The position numbers and the translations under genes were made by a program. The notes beneath the pieces were generated by a model that was given only the letters and a program-made list of their open reading frames with translations, searched no databases and was not told the DNA's origin. Below are positions 1 to 8,687 of a stretch of 64,000 nucleotides of DNA, in pieces. The stretch spans positions 3,437 to 67,436 of the forward strand of contig JAFGQK010000300.1 of NCBI GenBank assembly GCA_016935735.1, given 5' to 3'. Every line of letters starts with the position of its first letter. Positions within the stretch are counted from its first letter, which is position 1. This DNA comes from Spirochaetales bacterium. GTDB taxonomy: Bacteria > Spirochaetota > Spirochaetia > SZUA-6 > JAFGRV01.

Positions 1-35
1 TAAACTGCAAGCTTCGTATAAAAAATAAAGAACCG

Positions 36-332
36 GTGGAAGATAATTCCATTGCCCTGCATTTGTACCGGATTGGACAGGAAGCAATTAACAATGCAAT
101 CCGGCATGGGAAACCGGATTTTATTGAAATATCATTTACGGCAACAGAGGATGAGATTGAACTTGTTATACGGGATAATGGGATCGGTATCCCGGAAAAT
201 TATACACATTCAAAAGGTATGGGATTGCAAATTATGAATTACCGGGCAAATATGATCGGCGGTAAACTGGATATAAGGCGAAATGAGAGAAAGGGCACGT
301 GTTTGTCCTGTATAATAAAACGAAAAAAATAG
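36..332 (+). pseudogene. Histidine kinase C-terminal ATPase (HATPase_c, NarL-partner type) fragment. All three forward frames hit stop codons within nt 1-30, so there is no upstream H-box/dimerisation domain.
   Basis: The translation contains LYRIGQEAINNAIRHG ... IRDNGIGIP ... GMGLQIMNYRANMIGGKL, which are the typical N, G1 and G2 boxes of a HisKA_3-type kinase. The ORF starts on GTG without a clear SD sequence. An in-frame TAA sits at nt 27-29. Confidence 0.4.
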
Positions 333-344
333 GAGAAATATAAA

Positions 345-1001
345 ATGGCGAAAGAAACCCGCTTTTTAATCATCGATGATCATCCGCTTTTTCGCGCTGG
401 ACTTAAACAGCTTATAAACCAGGAAAAGGGATTTACCGTGATTGCAGAAGCCGGGGATGCAGAAGAAGCCCTGGATATTATTAATCAACAGGTGCCCGAT
501 TTTGCCATTGTTGATATTTCATTAAAAGGGATGAATGGTCTTGAACTTATAAAAATAGTAAACTCGAAATATCCGAACCTGCTTATCCTTGTTGTTTCCA
601 TGCATGACGAAGCCCTTTATGCTGAACGCGCGCTAAAAGCCGGTGCCCGGGGATATATTATGAAACAGGAAGCATCAAAAAAAGTGCTTACTGCCATTCA
701 TCAGCTTCTTGAGGGGAAAGTCTATATCAGCGAAGCTATGCATGATAAAATGCTCATGGGGATGATAAAGGGAAAATCCGAGCTGGAGAATAATCCCATC
801 GATAAATTAAGCGACAGGGAGTTCGAGGTGTTTCTTCTTATTGGTAAAGGGCTTGGTCCTATCCAGATAGCAGAAGAGTTGAACCTGAGTGTAAAAACAG
901 TGGAAACCTATAGGGCACATATAAAAACAAAGCTTATGCTGGAGAATGCAGCAGAACTTCGTAAACATGCAATCAAGTGGATACAAAGCCAGAAGATGTA
1001 A
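345..1001 (+). CDS. NarL/FixJ-family response regulator (REC + LuxR-type HTH)
   Basis: N-terminal LIIDDHPLFRAGL ... D-x-K receiver motifs. C-terminal LSDREFEVFLLIGKGLGPIQIAEELNLSVKTVETYR HTH. Confidence 0.85.
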   Translation: MAKETRFLIIDDHPLFRAGLKQLINQEKGFTVIAEAGDAEEALDIINQQVPDFAIVDISLKGMNGLELIKIVNSKYPNLLILVVSMHDEALYAERALKAGARGYIMKQEASKKVLTAIHQLLEGKVYISEAMHDKMLMGMIKGKSELENNPIDKLSDREFEVFLLIGKGLGPIQIAEELNLSVKTVETYRAHIKTKLMLENAAELRKHAIKWIQSQKM

Positions 1002-1019
1002 AGATGTAAGTCCGGGGAT

Positions 1020-1871
1020 TTACTTCCTGCACACTGCACAGAGTGTCTCCGATTCGGCAGTATATTCTCTTCCGGTAATATCACCGAAGAGTTCGATTTT
1101 TTTAAAGGGTTGTTTTCCCAGTAATTCCATAATTGATGTTTCAGTGTAATACTGGTCCCATATCCTGTATACATCGATATTTTCGTTGTTTTCGATAATA
1201 ATATACTGGTCAACAAATGCGCGGTTCTGGGGATAATGGTATTGATTATGCAGGCAGATATGGGGATTTTCTTTCCAGAAACCTGTCAATGCAGTATACC
1301 ATGAATTCTTTTCTTCCCTGTATTTGGGGAAGCAGGGTGTATACACATCAAAAAGAAAGACTCCCCCGGGTTTTAGTGCCTGGTATATTTTTGAGAGGAG
1401 TATCTGTTGTTTTGACGGGGACAGAACGGCAAAATCACAAAAAATAAGTAATACAATATCGAATTCCTGCGTAAAATCGATCGTGAGGTAATCCTTGTTA
1501 TGATAATCAATAAGAAGGTGCGCTTTTTCCGCTTCCCTCCGGGCATATGCGATTGACCGCCGTGATATATCAATTCCCGTTACCCGGGTTGTTTTCCCTG
1601 CCAGCCGCCGGCAATAGAGCCCGGGGCCGCACCCCAGATCCAGAATAGAGGAGGGATCTTCTTTAATAGATGTTCCCTTTATCCAGGATACAGAAGCATC
1701 AATAGTTTCTGGTTTTCTACTGGCCTTTTCTTCCGTTGGATCCAGATGTGTTTTCAGCATCTGCCCGGAAATATGATCGTCATCCCAGAATGGTGCTGTA
1801 CTCTCTAAAAACAGGGGAGGCCGTTTTGCCAGTGTTATTAATTCTTCAATCATACAGCACCTTATGAACAC
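1020..1871 (-). CDS. Class I SAM-dependent methyltransferase
   Basis: Motif I LDLGCGPGLY, post-I acidic residue, and motif II/III FDIVLL ... LKPGGVFLF. Confidence 0.7.
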   Translation of the reverse strand: MFIRCCMIEELITLAKRPPLFLESTAPFWDDDHISGQMLKTHLDPTEEKASRKPETIDASVSWIKGTSIKEDPSSILDLGCGPGLYCRRLAGKTTRVTGIDISRRSIAYARREAEKAHLLIDYHNKDYLTIDFTQEFDIVLLIFCDFAVLSPSKQQILLSKIYQALKPGGVFLFDVYTPCFPKYREEKNSWYTALTGFWKENPHICLHNQYHYPQNRAFVDQYIIIENNENIDVYRIWDQYYTETSIMELLGKQPFKKIELFGDITGREYTAESETLCAVCRK

Positions 1872-2082
1872 GACAACCCGGGTTCACGTTTAGTAACATT
1901 ATCCCGGGCAATTGGTTTTATCTCCATTGCCCGGGTAGAATTTCGAACAATATTCATTATCAAAAGGAAACCACCTTCTTTGGAGGTGGTCTTTTCCCTC
2001 CTTATTATATTGATTATTAAGGCATAACCTTTCAGATCCTTTTGATTTAGAAAAAGCCACCTGCTTCGCAGGTGATCTTTTA

Positions 2083-3738
2083 CTACGGGTTAATTTTCTC
2101 TATAAGAGAAAGATCTTTCACACTTAATGCAAGGATATCCTTTGCACTGCTATTCACGAAAATTTTATCCCGGTAAAAGCTTATAAACGTATCAGCATAT
2201 ATCGGCTCGGTAGAGCGGGCCACCTGTACCATACTTTCATCATATTTCCCAAGATAGTAATTCGTTCCATCAATGGTGATTGCATAGACATAGCTGCCCT
2301 CTTTTTCAACAAAACTCCGGTGGAAAATATTGTCCGTTCCTTTTGCAAGAACATCAAGCGTATCATAATCTAACAGGGTAAGGTAGTGTCCTGCTTCATG
2401 GGAGCCTGTATGGGTAATAACGACAATTCCCTTATCCCACAGGATATATTTTCTCCCACAGATATTTTTTACCGCGGATTCTGAAATTATTTTTTGTGTA
2501 GGTGCATCGATCTTATATAATTCATTGTTATAATGTCCCCCGGTAAGATATTCTTTTATTTTCAGGTAGTAAAATATTCCTTTGTAGATTTTTTCTTCTT
2601 TTTCCTTTTCTTCTATAGTCTTTTCAATAAATTCTTCCGGATTATCTTTCGCTTCCTCGATCATTTTGTCTTTTTCAAGATCCTTTTTGTCTTCTTCAAT
2701 ATCCTTCCTGTCTTCTTCTATTTTGTCTTCTTCTTTTGTAATCCGGTCTTCCTCTTTTGTCACCCGGTCTTCTTCTTTTATCACCCGGTCTTCTTCCTTT
2801 GTTACCCGGTCTTCTTCGTCGGTAATCCGCTTTTCTTCTTCTATAATCCGCTCTTCTTCCTTTTTCCGCTCTTCTTCGTCCTTTATTTCATCAACTTTTT
2901 CCTTATCTTCTTCGAGTTTCGTCTTATCTTCTTCGAGTTTCGTCTTATCTTCTTCGAGTTTCGTCTTATCTTCTTCGAGTTTTGTCCTGTCTTCCTCCAG
3001 AATTCCTTTATCTTCTTCCAGTTTTTCTTCTTTTTCTTCAATGACACGTTCCTGGAGGTCGATCATATCCTCCCGCTCCTCGATTGCCTTGTCTTCTTCG
3101 TCCTTTAACGCTTCGATTGTGTCTTCGGTTAATTCTCCCATATCCAGGGAACTGATATCTCCCTTTTGTGCACCTTCACTTAACGGCACAAGGATTTTTG
3201 TTTTTCCCGGCCATTCCTTATAATTTGTCGCAAGTCCTGCGTTTGTTGCATCAAGATACCCCATGACTCTGTTTTTGTATTTTGTTTCCAGGTAAGAGAT
3301 TTCACCCCTGTGGATTGCATTATATACAGTGACAAAGAATGCAAGGGTACGGGCATCCCTTCCCGAATAGCCATATTGATATGAAAAAAATCCCATGAGT
3401 ATAAGCCTTAAGGTATCAATATGATTTACCCCACCGTACCTGGAGATAGATATAATATCCGCATCAAATTTTCCCGTTTCAGAGGGATCCGCCACATGAA
3501 TGGCAGAAAAAAAGTTATAATATTTCCCCTCTGATTTTCCTGCTTCAAGGTCTTTTGCCATCTTCGCACCCCAGGAGAGTATTTCCTCCACTGTATACTG
3601 CGGATTTTCCCCTGTATAATTTATAAACGTAACCTGTTTACCGCTTGCAGATTTCAGCTCATCAACATCAACTCCTAATGGAAATGAGTTAAAAAGCAGG
3701 ATAACGAAACATACTGCAATAATGAGTGTTCTTTTCAT
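2083..3738 (-). CDS. Secreted protein with an N-terminal signal peptide and a central array of E/D/K-rich heptad repeats (EEDKTKL and EEDRVTK units). Single-alpha-helix- or spacer-like; function unknown.
   Basis: MKRTLIIAVCFVILLFNSF signal peptide. Roughly 20 consecutive 7-aa repeats are encoded by 21-bp DNA tandem repeats. Globular N- and C-terminal domains were not recognised. Confidence 0.6.
   Translation of the reverse strand: MKRTLIIAVCFVILLFNSFPLGVDVDELKSASGKQVTFINYTGENPQYTVEEILSWGAKMAKDLEAGKSEGKYYNFFSAIHVADPSETGKFDADIISISRYGGVNHIDTLRLILMGFFSYQYGYSGRDARTLAFFVTVYNAIHRGEISYLETKYKNRVMGYLDATNAGLATNYKEWPGKTKILVPLSEGAQKGDISSLDMGELTEDTIEALKDEEDKAIEEREDMIDLQERVIEEKEEKLEEDKGILEEDRTKLEEDKTKLEEDKTKLEEDKTKLEEDKEKVDEIKDEEERKKEEERIIEEEKRITDEEDRVTKEEDRVIKEEDRVTKEEDRITKEEDKIEEDRKDIEEDKKDLEKDKMIEEAKDNPEEFIEKTIEEKEKEEKIYKGIFYYLKIKEYLTGGHYNNELYKIDAPTQKIISESAVKNICGRKYILWDKGIVVITHTGSHEAGHYLTLLDYDTLDVLAKGTDNIFHRSFVEKEGSYVYAITIDGTNYYLGKYDESMVQVARSTEPIYADTFISFYRDKIFVNSSAKDILALSVKDLSLIEKINP
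2743..2995 (-). repeat. Two families of 21-bp tandem repeats lying inside the CDS 2083..3738
   Basis: On the + strand: ccggtcttcttcttttgtcac-like units (about 6 copies), then tcttcttcgagtttcgtctta units (4 near-perfect copies). Frame-preserving 21-nt period equals 7 aa. Confidence 0.85.
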
Positions 3739-4113
3739 AGTTTAACTCCTTTGGTTCGTAAATTTTAATGGTATACTCTTCTAAAATGGTTTGTCTGTCA
3801 TACTCCTTATAATTTTATCCATACCATTATGGTTTATACACTTTCCCGGGTGCTTATTGCATCAAAGAATGACAAACCACCATTATAATCAAGGACAATC
3901 CGGTTTTGTATCTGTATAAATCCTCTTTTTATAATACGGAAAACTCCGCTTTTTGTAACAGTGATATCTATTCCTGGTATGAAAAAGAAAATGAAAATCA
4001 TAAGGATTATCCTTTTTTTCAAACTGATAAAATCATAATGGATATCCCTGTTCAAGTCAAGAATATTTCTTATTGAGCTTAAAGACCGGTAATTAAAAAA
4101 CTTTCATTAATTA

Positions 4114-4527
4114 TTGAACCATCTGAATTCGATAAATATAGTATACTATAACGATATTATAATAAGGGATATTTTATTATATTTTAACGATATGTTTAAT
4201 GGGTTAAGAAAAACATGGCTCTTTTCTTTACTGGGAAGATTAACAATATTTTTTGTTCTCTTTTCTTTACTTCTTCTTTTTCTTTATATCATTGGTAATT
4301 ACCAGGAATTCCTGGATTCCAGTCAATTTCTATTACTTAAATTACTGGAAATCATTTCGTTGTTTGGTGCTATATGCGGAATGTATTATATTTTTTTCCT
4401 GTTTTTTATCGCATTATTGGAAAAAAAGATTTTGATCCTCCGGTTTATTTTAACAATTCTTATCATCATATTATGCAGCATCCTTTTTACCGGGATAAAA
4501 TTCCTCTCTTCATGGTTTACCTTCTAA
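4114..4527 (+). CDS. Hypothetical small multi-pass membrane protein
   Basis: Hydrophobic 137-aa ORF in an AT-rich, otherwise ORF-poor 0.8 kb region. No recognisable motif. Confidence 0.25.
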   Translation: MNHLNSINIVYYNDIIIRDILLYFNDMFNGLRKTWLFSLLGRLTIFFVLFSLLLLFLYIIGNYQEFLDSSQFLLLKLLEIISLFGAICGMYYIFFLFFIALLEKKILILRFILTILIIILCSILFTGIKFLSSWFTF

Positions 4528-4570
4528 TGGCAGGATCCTGGCAGATGCCTCTGTTGTTGTAGCCATATTA

Positions 4571-5749
4571 TTGACAGCTATTCTCATACCTGTTACTATT
4601 CCTGTTATGATACAGTCGTTTTCATTTGAATGTCCAGAGACCATCCTTTTCGGGAAAGGGACAAGAGAAGAATTGCCCGGGATAATCCGGCAGTACGGGA
4701 AAAAGGTATGTATCATTACCGGTGCATCGTGGTTTGCCCGGTCAGGATGGCAGGATAGATTTAAAAAGCTTTTAAAAGATTTCCAGATTGAATTTTTTTC
4801 ATGTTCCGGGCGTGAACCTTCGATTAAAAGCATCCAGGGGTTGATTGACAATACCCGGGTTTTTTCACCAGACATTATTGTTGGTATTGGCGGTGGGTCA
4901 GTTCTCGATTCGGCAAAAGCAGTATCCGGGCTTGTTCGTGCAGAAGGCAATGTTGCAGATTACCTGGAAGGGATTGGGAAAGGCATTTCATTACAAAAGC
5001 CCGGTATTCCCTGGATAGCACTTCCCACCACCTCGGGAACAGGCGCAGAAGTGACAAAGAATTCCGTTGTAAAATCAGATGAACATAAGGTGAAAAAAAG
5101 CTTAAGATCACGGTTTCTCCTGGCAGATGCGGTGATTGTCGATCCTGAGCTTACCCTCGAATTACCCCTGTCTGTCTCCGGTATTGCAGGTATGGATGCC
5201 CTGGTCCAGCTTGTGGAATCTTATGTTTCCAAAAAAGCAAAACCCTTCCCCCGCGCCCTTGTAAAACAGGCACTACCCGTAATGTTCGGTGCATTAAAAA
5301 AGATCGCTTCCCATCCCCCTGATTCAGAGGCAAGAACAGGGGCCGCATACGGGTCACTTGTAAGCGGATTGTCTCTTGCGAATTCAGGGCTTGGCGCTGT
5401 TCATGGTTTTGCATCAGCATTGGGCGGGCTTTATGAGATTCCCCATGGTCTTATCTGTGCGGTTTTCCTGAATCCCGTGTTGAAAGCAAATGCAGATGTT
5501 ATCAGGAATGATATTATGGAGCTTTTCCCCGGTATTGTTCATAAAAAAGCAGATCCTGTGGAATGGCTTATGAATGAAGTCACCCTGCTTCTGAAACTCT
5601 ATGGAATCAAACCCCATCTAAAGGATTACGGAATCGGTAAGGATATGGTTGATACAATTGCCGGTAAGGCAACCGGTTCCAGTATGTCCGGAAATCCCAG
5701 GGAGCTCACCATGGAAGAAAAGAGGAAGATAATTCTTGAAGTACTGTAG
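4571..5749 (+). CDS. Iron-containing (group III) alcohol dehydrogenase family protein
   Basis: GGGSVLDSAKA NAD-binding/Fe-ADH signature and conserved His residues (HG ... H). Length 392 aa. Confidence 0.8.
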   Translation: MTAILIPVTIPVMIQSFSFECPETILFGKGTREELPGIIRQYGKKVCIITGASWFARSGWQDRFKKLLKDFQIEFFSCSGREPSIKSIQGLIDNTRVFSPDIIVGIGGGSVLDSAKAVSGLVRAEGNVADYLEGIGKGISLQKPGIPWIALPTTSGTGAEVTKNSVVKSDEHKVKKSLRSRFLLADAVIVDPELTLELPLSVSGIAGMDALVQLVESYVSKKAKPFPRALVKQALPVMFGALKKIASHPPDSEARTGAAYGSLVSGLSLANSGLGAVHGFASALGGLYEIPHGLICAVFLNPVLKANADVIRNDIMELFPGIVHKKADPVEWLMNEVTLLLKLYGIKPHLKDYGIGKDMVDTIAGKATGSSMSGNPRELTMEEKRKIILEVL

Positions 5750-5750
5750 G

Positions 5751-5875
5751 AAGAAGACCAGAGGATCAGAGAGTAAGAAAACCAGCGCATCAGCGAGTCA
5801 GAGGACCAGTGAGTCAGAAGACCAGAGAACCAGAGGACCAGAAGAGTAGATGACCAGAGAACCAGAAGACAGTAA
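5751..5875 (+). repeat. T-depleted polypurine array with 8-nt periodicity (CAGARGAC-like units, about 14 copies) immediately 3' of the adh stop codon
   Basis: Units: cagaggat cagagagt ... cagcgcat cagcgagt cagaggac cagtgagt cagaagac cagagaac cagaggac ... The + strand is about 85% purine with almost no T. Confidence 0.8.
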
Positions 5876-5937
5876 AAAGAGAAGATTGCCTGAACAATTG
5901 TTCCGGTCATACCGATAATAATAAATACGGTACATTC

Positions 5938-6744
5938 ATGACACTTGATAAATCATATATACCATTAAAAACATCTGTTGATGTTGCCAGGATTAGAAGA
6001 AGCTGCAGGATCTGTGAAAAAATACTGGTCCAGTTAAGCAGCTGCATTCGTGAAGGGGTGACAACAAAAGAACTTGATTCTCTTGCAGAGGTACTTATCA
6101 GGAAAGAGAAAGCAAAACCTGTACTTAAGGGGTATGATGGTTTTCCAGGTTCAATATGTACTTCCGTGAACAATGTTGTCGCACATGGAATACCATCCGG
6201 TTATTGTCTTAAGGATGGAGATATTATTACTATTGATATTACCATCGAAAAAGATGGCTGGTATGGAGATGGTGCATGGACGTTTATTACAGGAAAAAAA
6301 CAATCACCTGCAAAACATCTTGTAAAAGCGGCCTGGCAGGCATCGCTGGCCGGTATTATGGAGGTAAAAGCAGGATCTTTCCTGGGTAATATAGGATATT
6401 CAATAAATATGATTGCAAAAAAACATGGGTGTTCAATTGTTAAGGAGTTTGTAGGACATGGTATCGGGAAGGAGATGCATGAGGAACCCCTTATACCGCA
6501 TTTCGGAAAACCGGGAACAGGAAGACGGATTGTCCCGGGAATGGTTTTTACTATTGAACCGGTCTTAAGCCTGGGGAAGCCGGATATTATTATGACAGAA
6601 CAGGGATGGAATTGTATGACAAAAGATAATTCACTTACTGCCCAGTTTGAAAATACTATTGCAGTGTTTAAAGACAGGATTGAAATTTTAACACTTTCTT
6701 GCGGAAAATTAAAAGATTTTATTGACTATCCGCCTGTATTATAG
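5938..6744 (+). CDS. map: Methionine aminopeptidase, type I
   Basis: VAHGIP ... DGDIITIDITIEKDGWYGD ... FVGHGIG ... MVFTIEP metal-ligand motifs. Confidence 0.9.
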   Translation: MTLDKSYIPLKTSVDVARIRRSCRICEKILVQLSSCIREGVTTKELDSLAEVLIRKEKAKPVLKGYDGFPGSICTSVNNVVAHGIPSGYCLKDGDIITIDITIEKDGWYGDGAWTFITGKKQSPAKHLVKAAWQASLAGIMEVKAGSFLGNIGYSINMIAKKHGCSIVKEFVGHGIGKEMHEEPLIPHFGKPGTGRRIVPGMVFTIEPVLSLGKPDIIMTEQGWNCMTKDNSLTAQFENTIAVFKDRIEILTLSCGKLKDFIDYPPVL

Positions 6745-6768
6745 TAATATTACACTACTTGTTTATTA

Positions 6769-6842
6769 GCCACCTTAGCTCAGCTGGCCAGAGCACGTGA
6801 TTTGTAATCTCGGAGTCCTCGGTTCGAATCCGAGAGGTGGCT
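6769..6842 (+). tRNA. tRNA-Thr (anticodon UGU)
   Basis: Hand-folded cloverleaf. Acceptor stem gccacct/aggtggc of 7 bp. D arm gctc/gagc. Anticodon loop tTTGTAa. T arm ctcgg-ttcgaat-ccgag. 5-nt variable loop. CCA not encoded. Confidence 0.85.
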
Positions 6843-6853
6843 TTCTTACCGGA

Positions 6854-6888
6854 ACCTGATTCCTGTTATAAGGAAGCAGGTTTTTTTA
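6854..6888 (+). terminator. Rho-independent terminator downstream of tRNA-Thr
   Basis: Hairpin acctg-a-ttcc ... ggaa-g-caggt followed by a run of 7 T. Confidence 0.6.
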
Positions 6889-7343
6889 TTTTCCAGGTGT
6901 CATTTTGTTACTTGCATTTATTTTTCCCTTATAAAGAGTATAGTATCTAATTCATCTGCGTTCTATACCTTGCATAGACCAAAAAACTGGAAAATGTGTA
7001 AAAAAAAAGATAAATTTTATTCCAATGATAAGAGGAGTTTGGTATAGTAACAATCAGAGGTATTATTATATTATGATATACAATCGAAGTGATGCAGGTT
7101 GTCCGGTTTTGTGAAGATGCTGTTAAAAAGAAAATATTTACGACAGATTTTATTTTGGATGAAACAATTACTTTACTTTTACTGTTTCCGGTAGTTCCTG
7201 TTTACCAATTGTCCGGCAGTATGGATATGTGAGCTGCAAAAACAACCAGGAAGTAAAGGTTATCAGGTCAAATTGCTGAACTTTTTTTATTGTTTATAAT
7301 TGAACTATAGTTTAAAACTAATTGAAAAAAGCAGGTTATTTTT

Positions 7344-8477
7344 ATGAAATATAGTTTTGTAATCCCCACATATAATAATAAAAGGCTTTTAGAAAATACT
7401 CTTGAAGCATTACATCATCAGGAGGGTTTCGGAAAAGATGAGTACCAGGCAGTGATAGTGGATGACGGCTCGGATGATAATACACACCAAATCATTGAAA
7501 AGCAAAACAGGAACTATAATCTGAAATATATTTTTTTGGACAGGATGACAGACTCATGCAGGGCAAAAGCAAGAAATTGCGGCTGGAAGAATGCAGATGG
7601 AGAAATAATTATTTTTATTGATTCGGATATAATTGTGAAGAGAAATTATCTGTCTCAATTAACCGGATGTTATGAAATGGAATCTAACATGGTTGTTTTC
7701 GGAACCAGGTTGATGCTGCAGGATGATATAGAGACGGAAGAAATATCAAATGGTGAAATATTCAGAAAGTATAAATTCGATAGATCCAAAGCGGAATATT
7801 TTGAACACAGACATTATTTGTTTAACACAATGTCATACAATATCAATTGCTTTTTAGACCCATGGTTGTATGCATACAGTTGTAATGTGGCTATTCCCAG
7901 GAAGATTATAAATGAAGAAAGGGGATTTGATGAGAACTATAAAGGCTGGGGAGTAGAGGACCTGGAATTGTCATATAAAATATATCTTAAGGGAGTAAAG
8001 TTTGTATTCAACAGCAATCTTGAAGCTTTTCATCAAAATCACACCAGAGCAACCAATGTTAACGTAAAAAGTGGTGTATATAATGCTGAATGTTTTATAC
8101 GTAAGTATCCTGATGCTTTAAAAATATTTCCTCACGAGGTTAAAAAACTCTTGCTGATAGGCGGCCTTGAACACGATTTTACAGGCATGCAGGAAGAAGT
8201 GGAATATATAGGAAAGAAAATAGAAGCTTGTTTACCTCCAAACACTAAATGCAATAAAACTGAAATAATAGAGTTCAAAAATAAAGCGGATATTGACAAG
8301 ATTAAAGCAAAAATTAAGAAATTAACAGCGAGCAGCGATATTAGAATTATTGTAAACGACTATGTAGAAGACACTGATTTAGGTATCTGGATACAATTAC
8401 TTGATAAGTCTGGAAGCGTACCGCTGTATTTTGTAATGTCAAAAAAATTGAATGCCCCTGGTTTCCCGGGGCCTTGA
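7344..8477 (+). CDS. Family-2 glycosyltransferase (GT-A fold) with a roughly 120-aa conserved C-terminal extension; paralog of 9991..11154
   Basis: YSFVIPTYNN ... VIVDDGSDDNT ... IIFIDSDIIV (DxD). C-terminal region shared with its paralog (DY.E..DLGIWIQLL). Confidence 0.8.
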   Translation: MKYSFVIPTYNNKRLLENTLEALHHQEGFGKDEYQAVIVDDGSDDNTHQIIEKQNRNYNLKYIFLDRMTDSCRAKARNCGWKNADGEIIIFIDSDIIVKRNYLSQLTGCYEMESNMVVFGTRLMLQDDIETEEISNGEIFRKYKFDRSKAEYFEHRHYLFNTMSYNINCFLDPWLYAYSCNVAIPRKIINEERGFDENYKGWGVEDLELSYKIYLKGVKFVFNSNLEAFHQNHTRATNVNVKSGVYNAECFIRKYPDALKIFPHEVKKLLLIGGLEHDFTGMQEEVEYIGKKIEACLPPNTKCNKTEIIEFKNKADIDKIKAKIKKLTASSDIRIIVNDYVEDTDLGIWIQLLDKSGSVPLYFVMSKKLNAPGFPGP

Positions 8478-8687
8478 TGATATATACTTAAATTTACTAA
8501 AATTTTGCTTGACAATAAATCTACTTTGTGTTACTTTTATTTCATTAATTTAATTCAGTTAAACAAATAATAAATAAATTTGGTCTACGTGGAGAAAATA
8601 GGTGAATTAATAAATGGATGTTTTCTATCAAAGACTATCGAGTAGACCGAAAGCTAAAATAATTATTTTAACCGGAGGTATAAATAT

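Noticed and set aside
2533-3223. Two long + strand ORFs (poly-Phe / poly-Ser translations) and a possible CRISPR-like regular repeat
   Set aside because: They are antisense shadows of the 21-bp coding tandem repeats of gene 2083..3738. The repeats are contiguous with no unique spacers and are in frame with a real protein, so this is not a CRISPR array.
5626-5910. 94-aa minus-strand ORF (WSS/LVLW-rich)
   Set aside because: It is produced by reading the polypyrimidine complement of the 8-nt periodic polypurine array. Low-complexity artefact with no start context.
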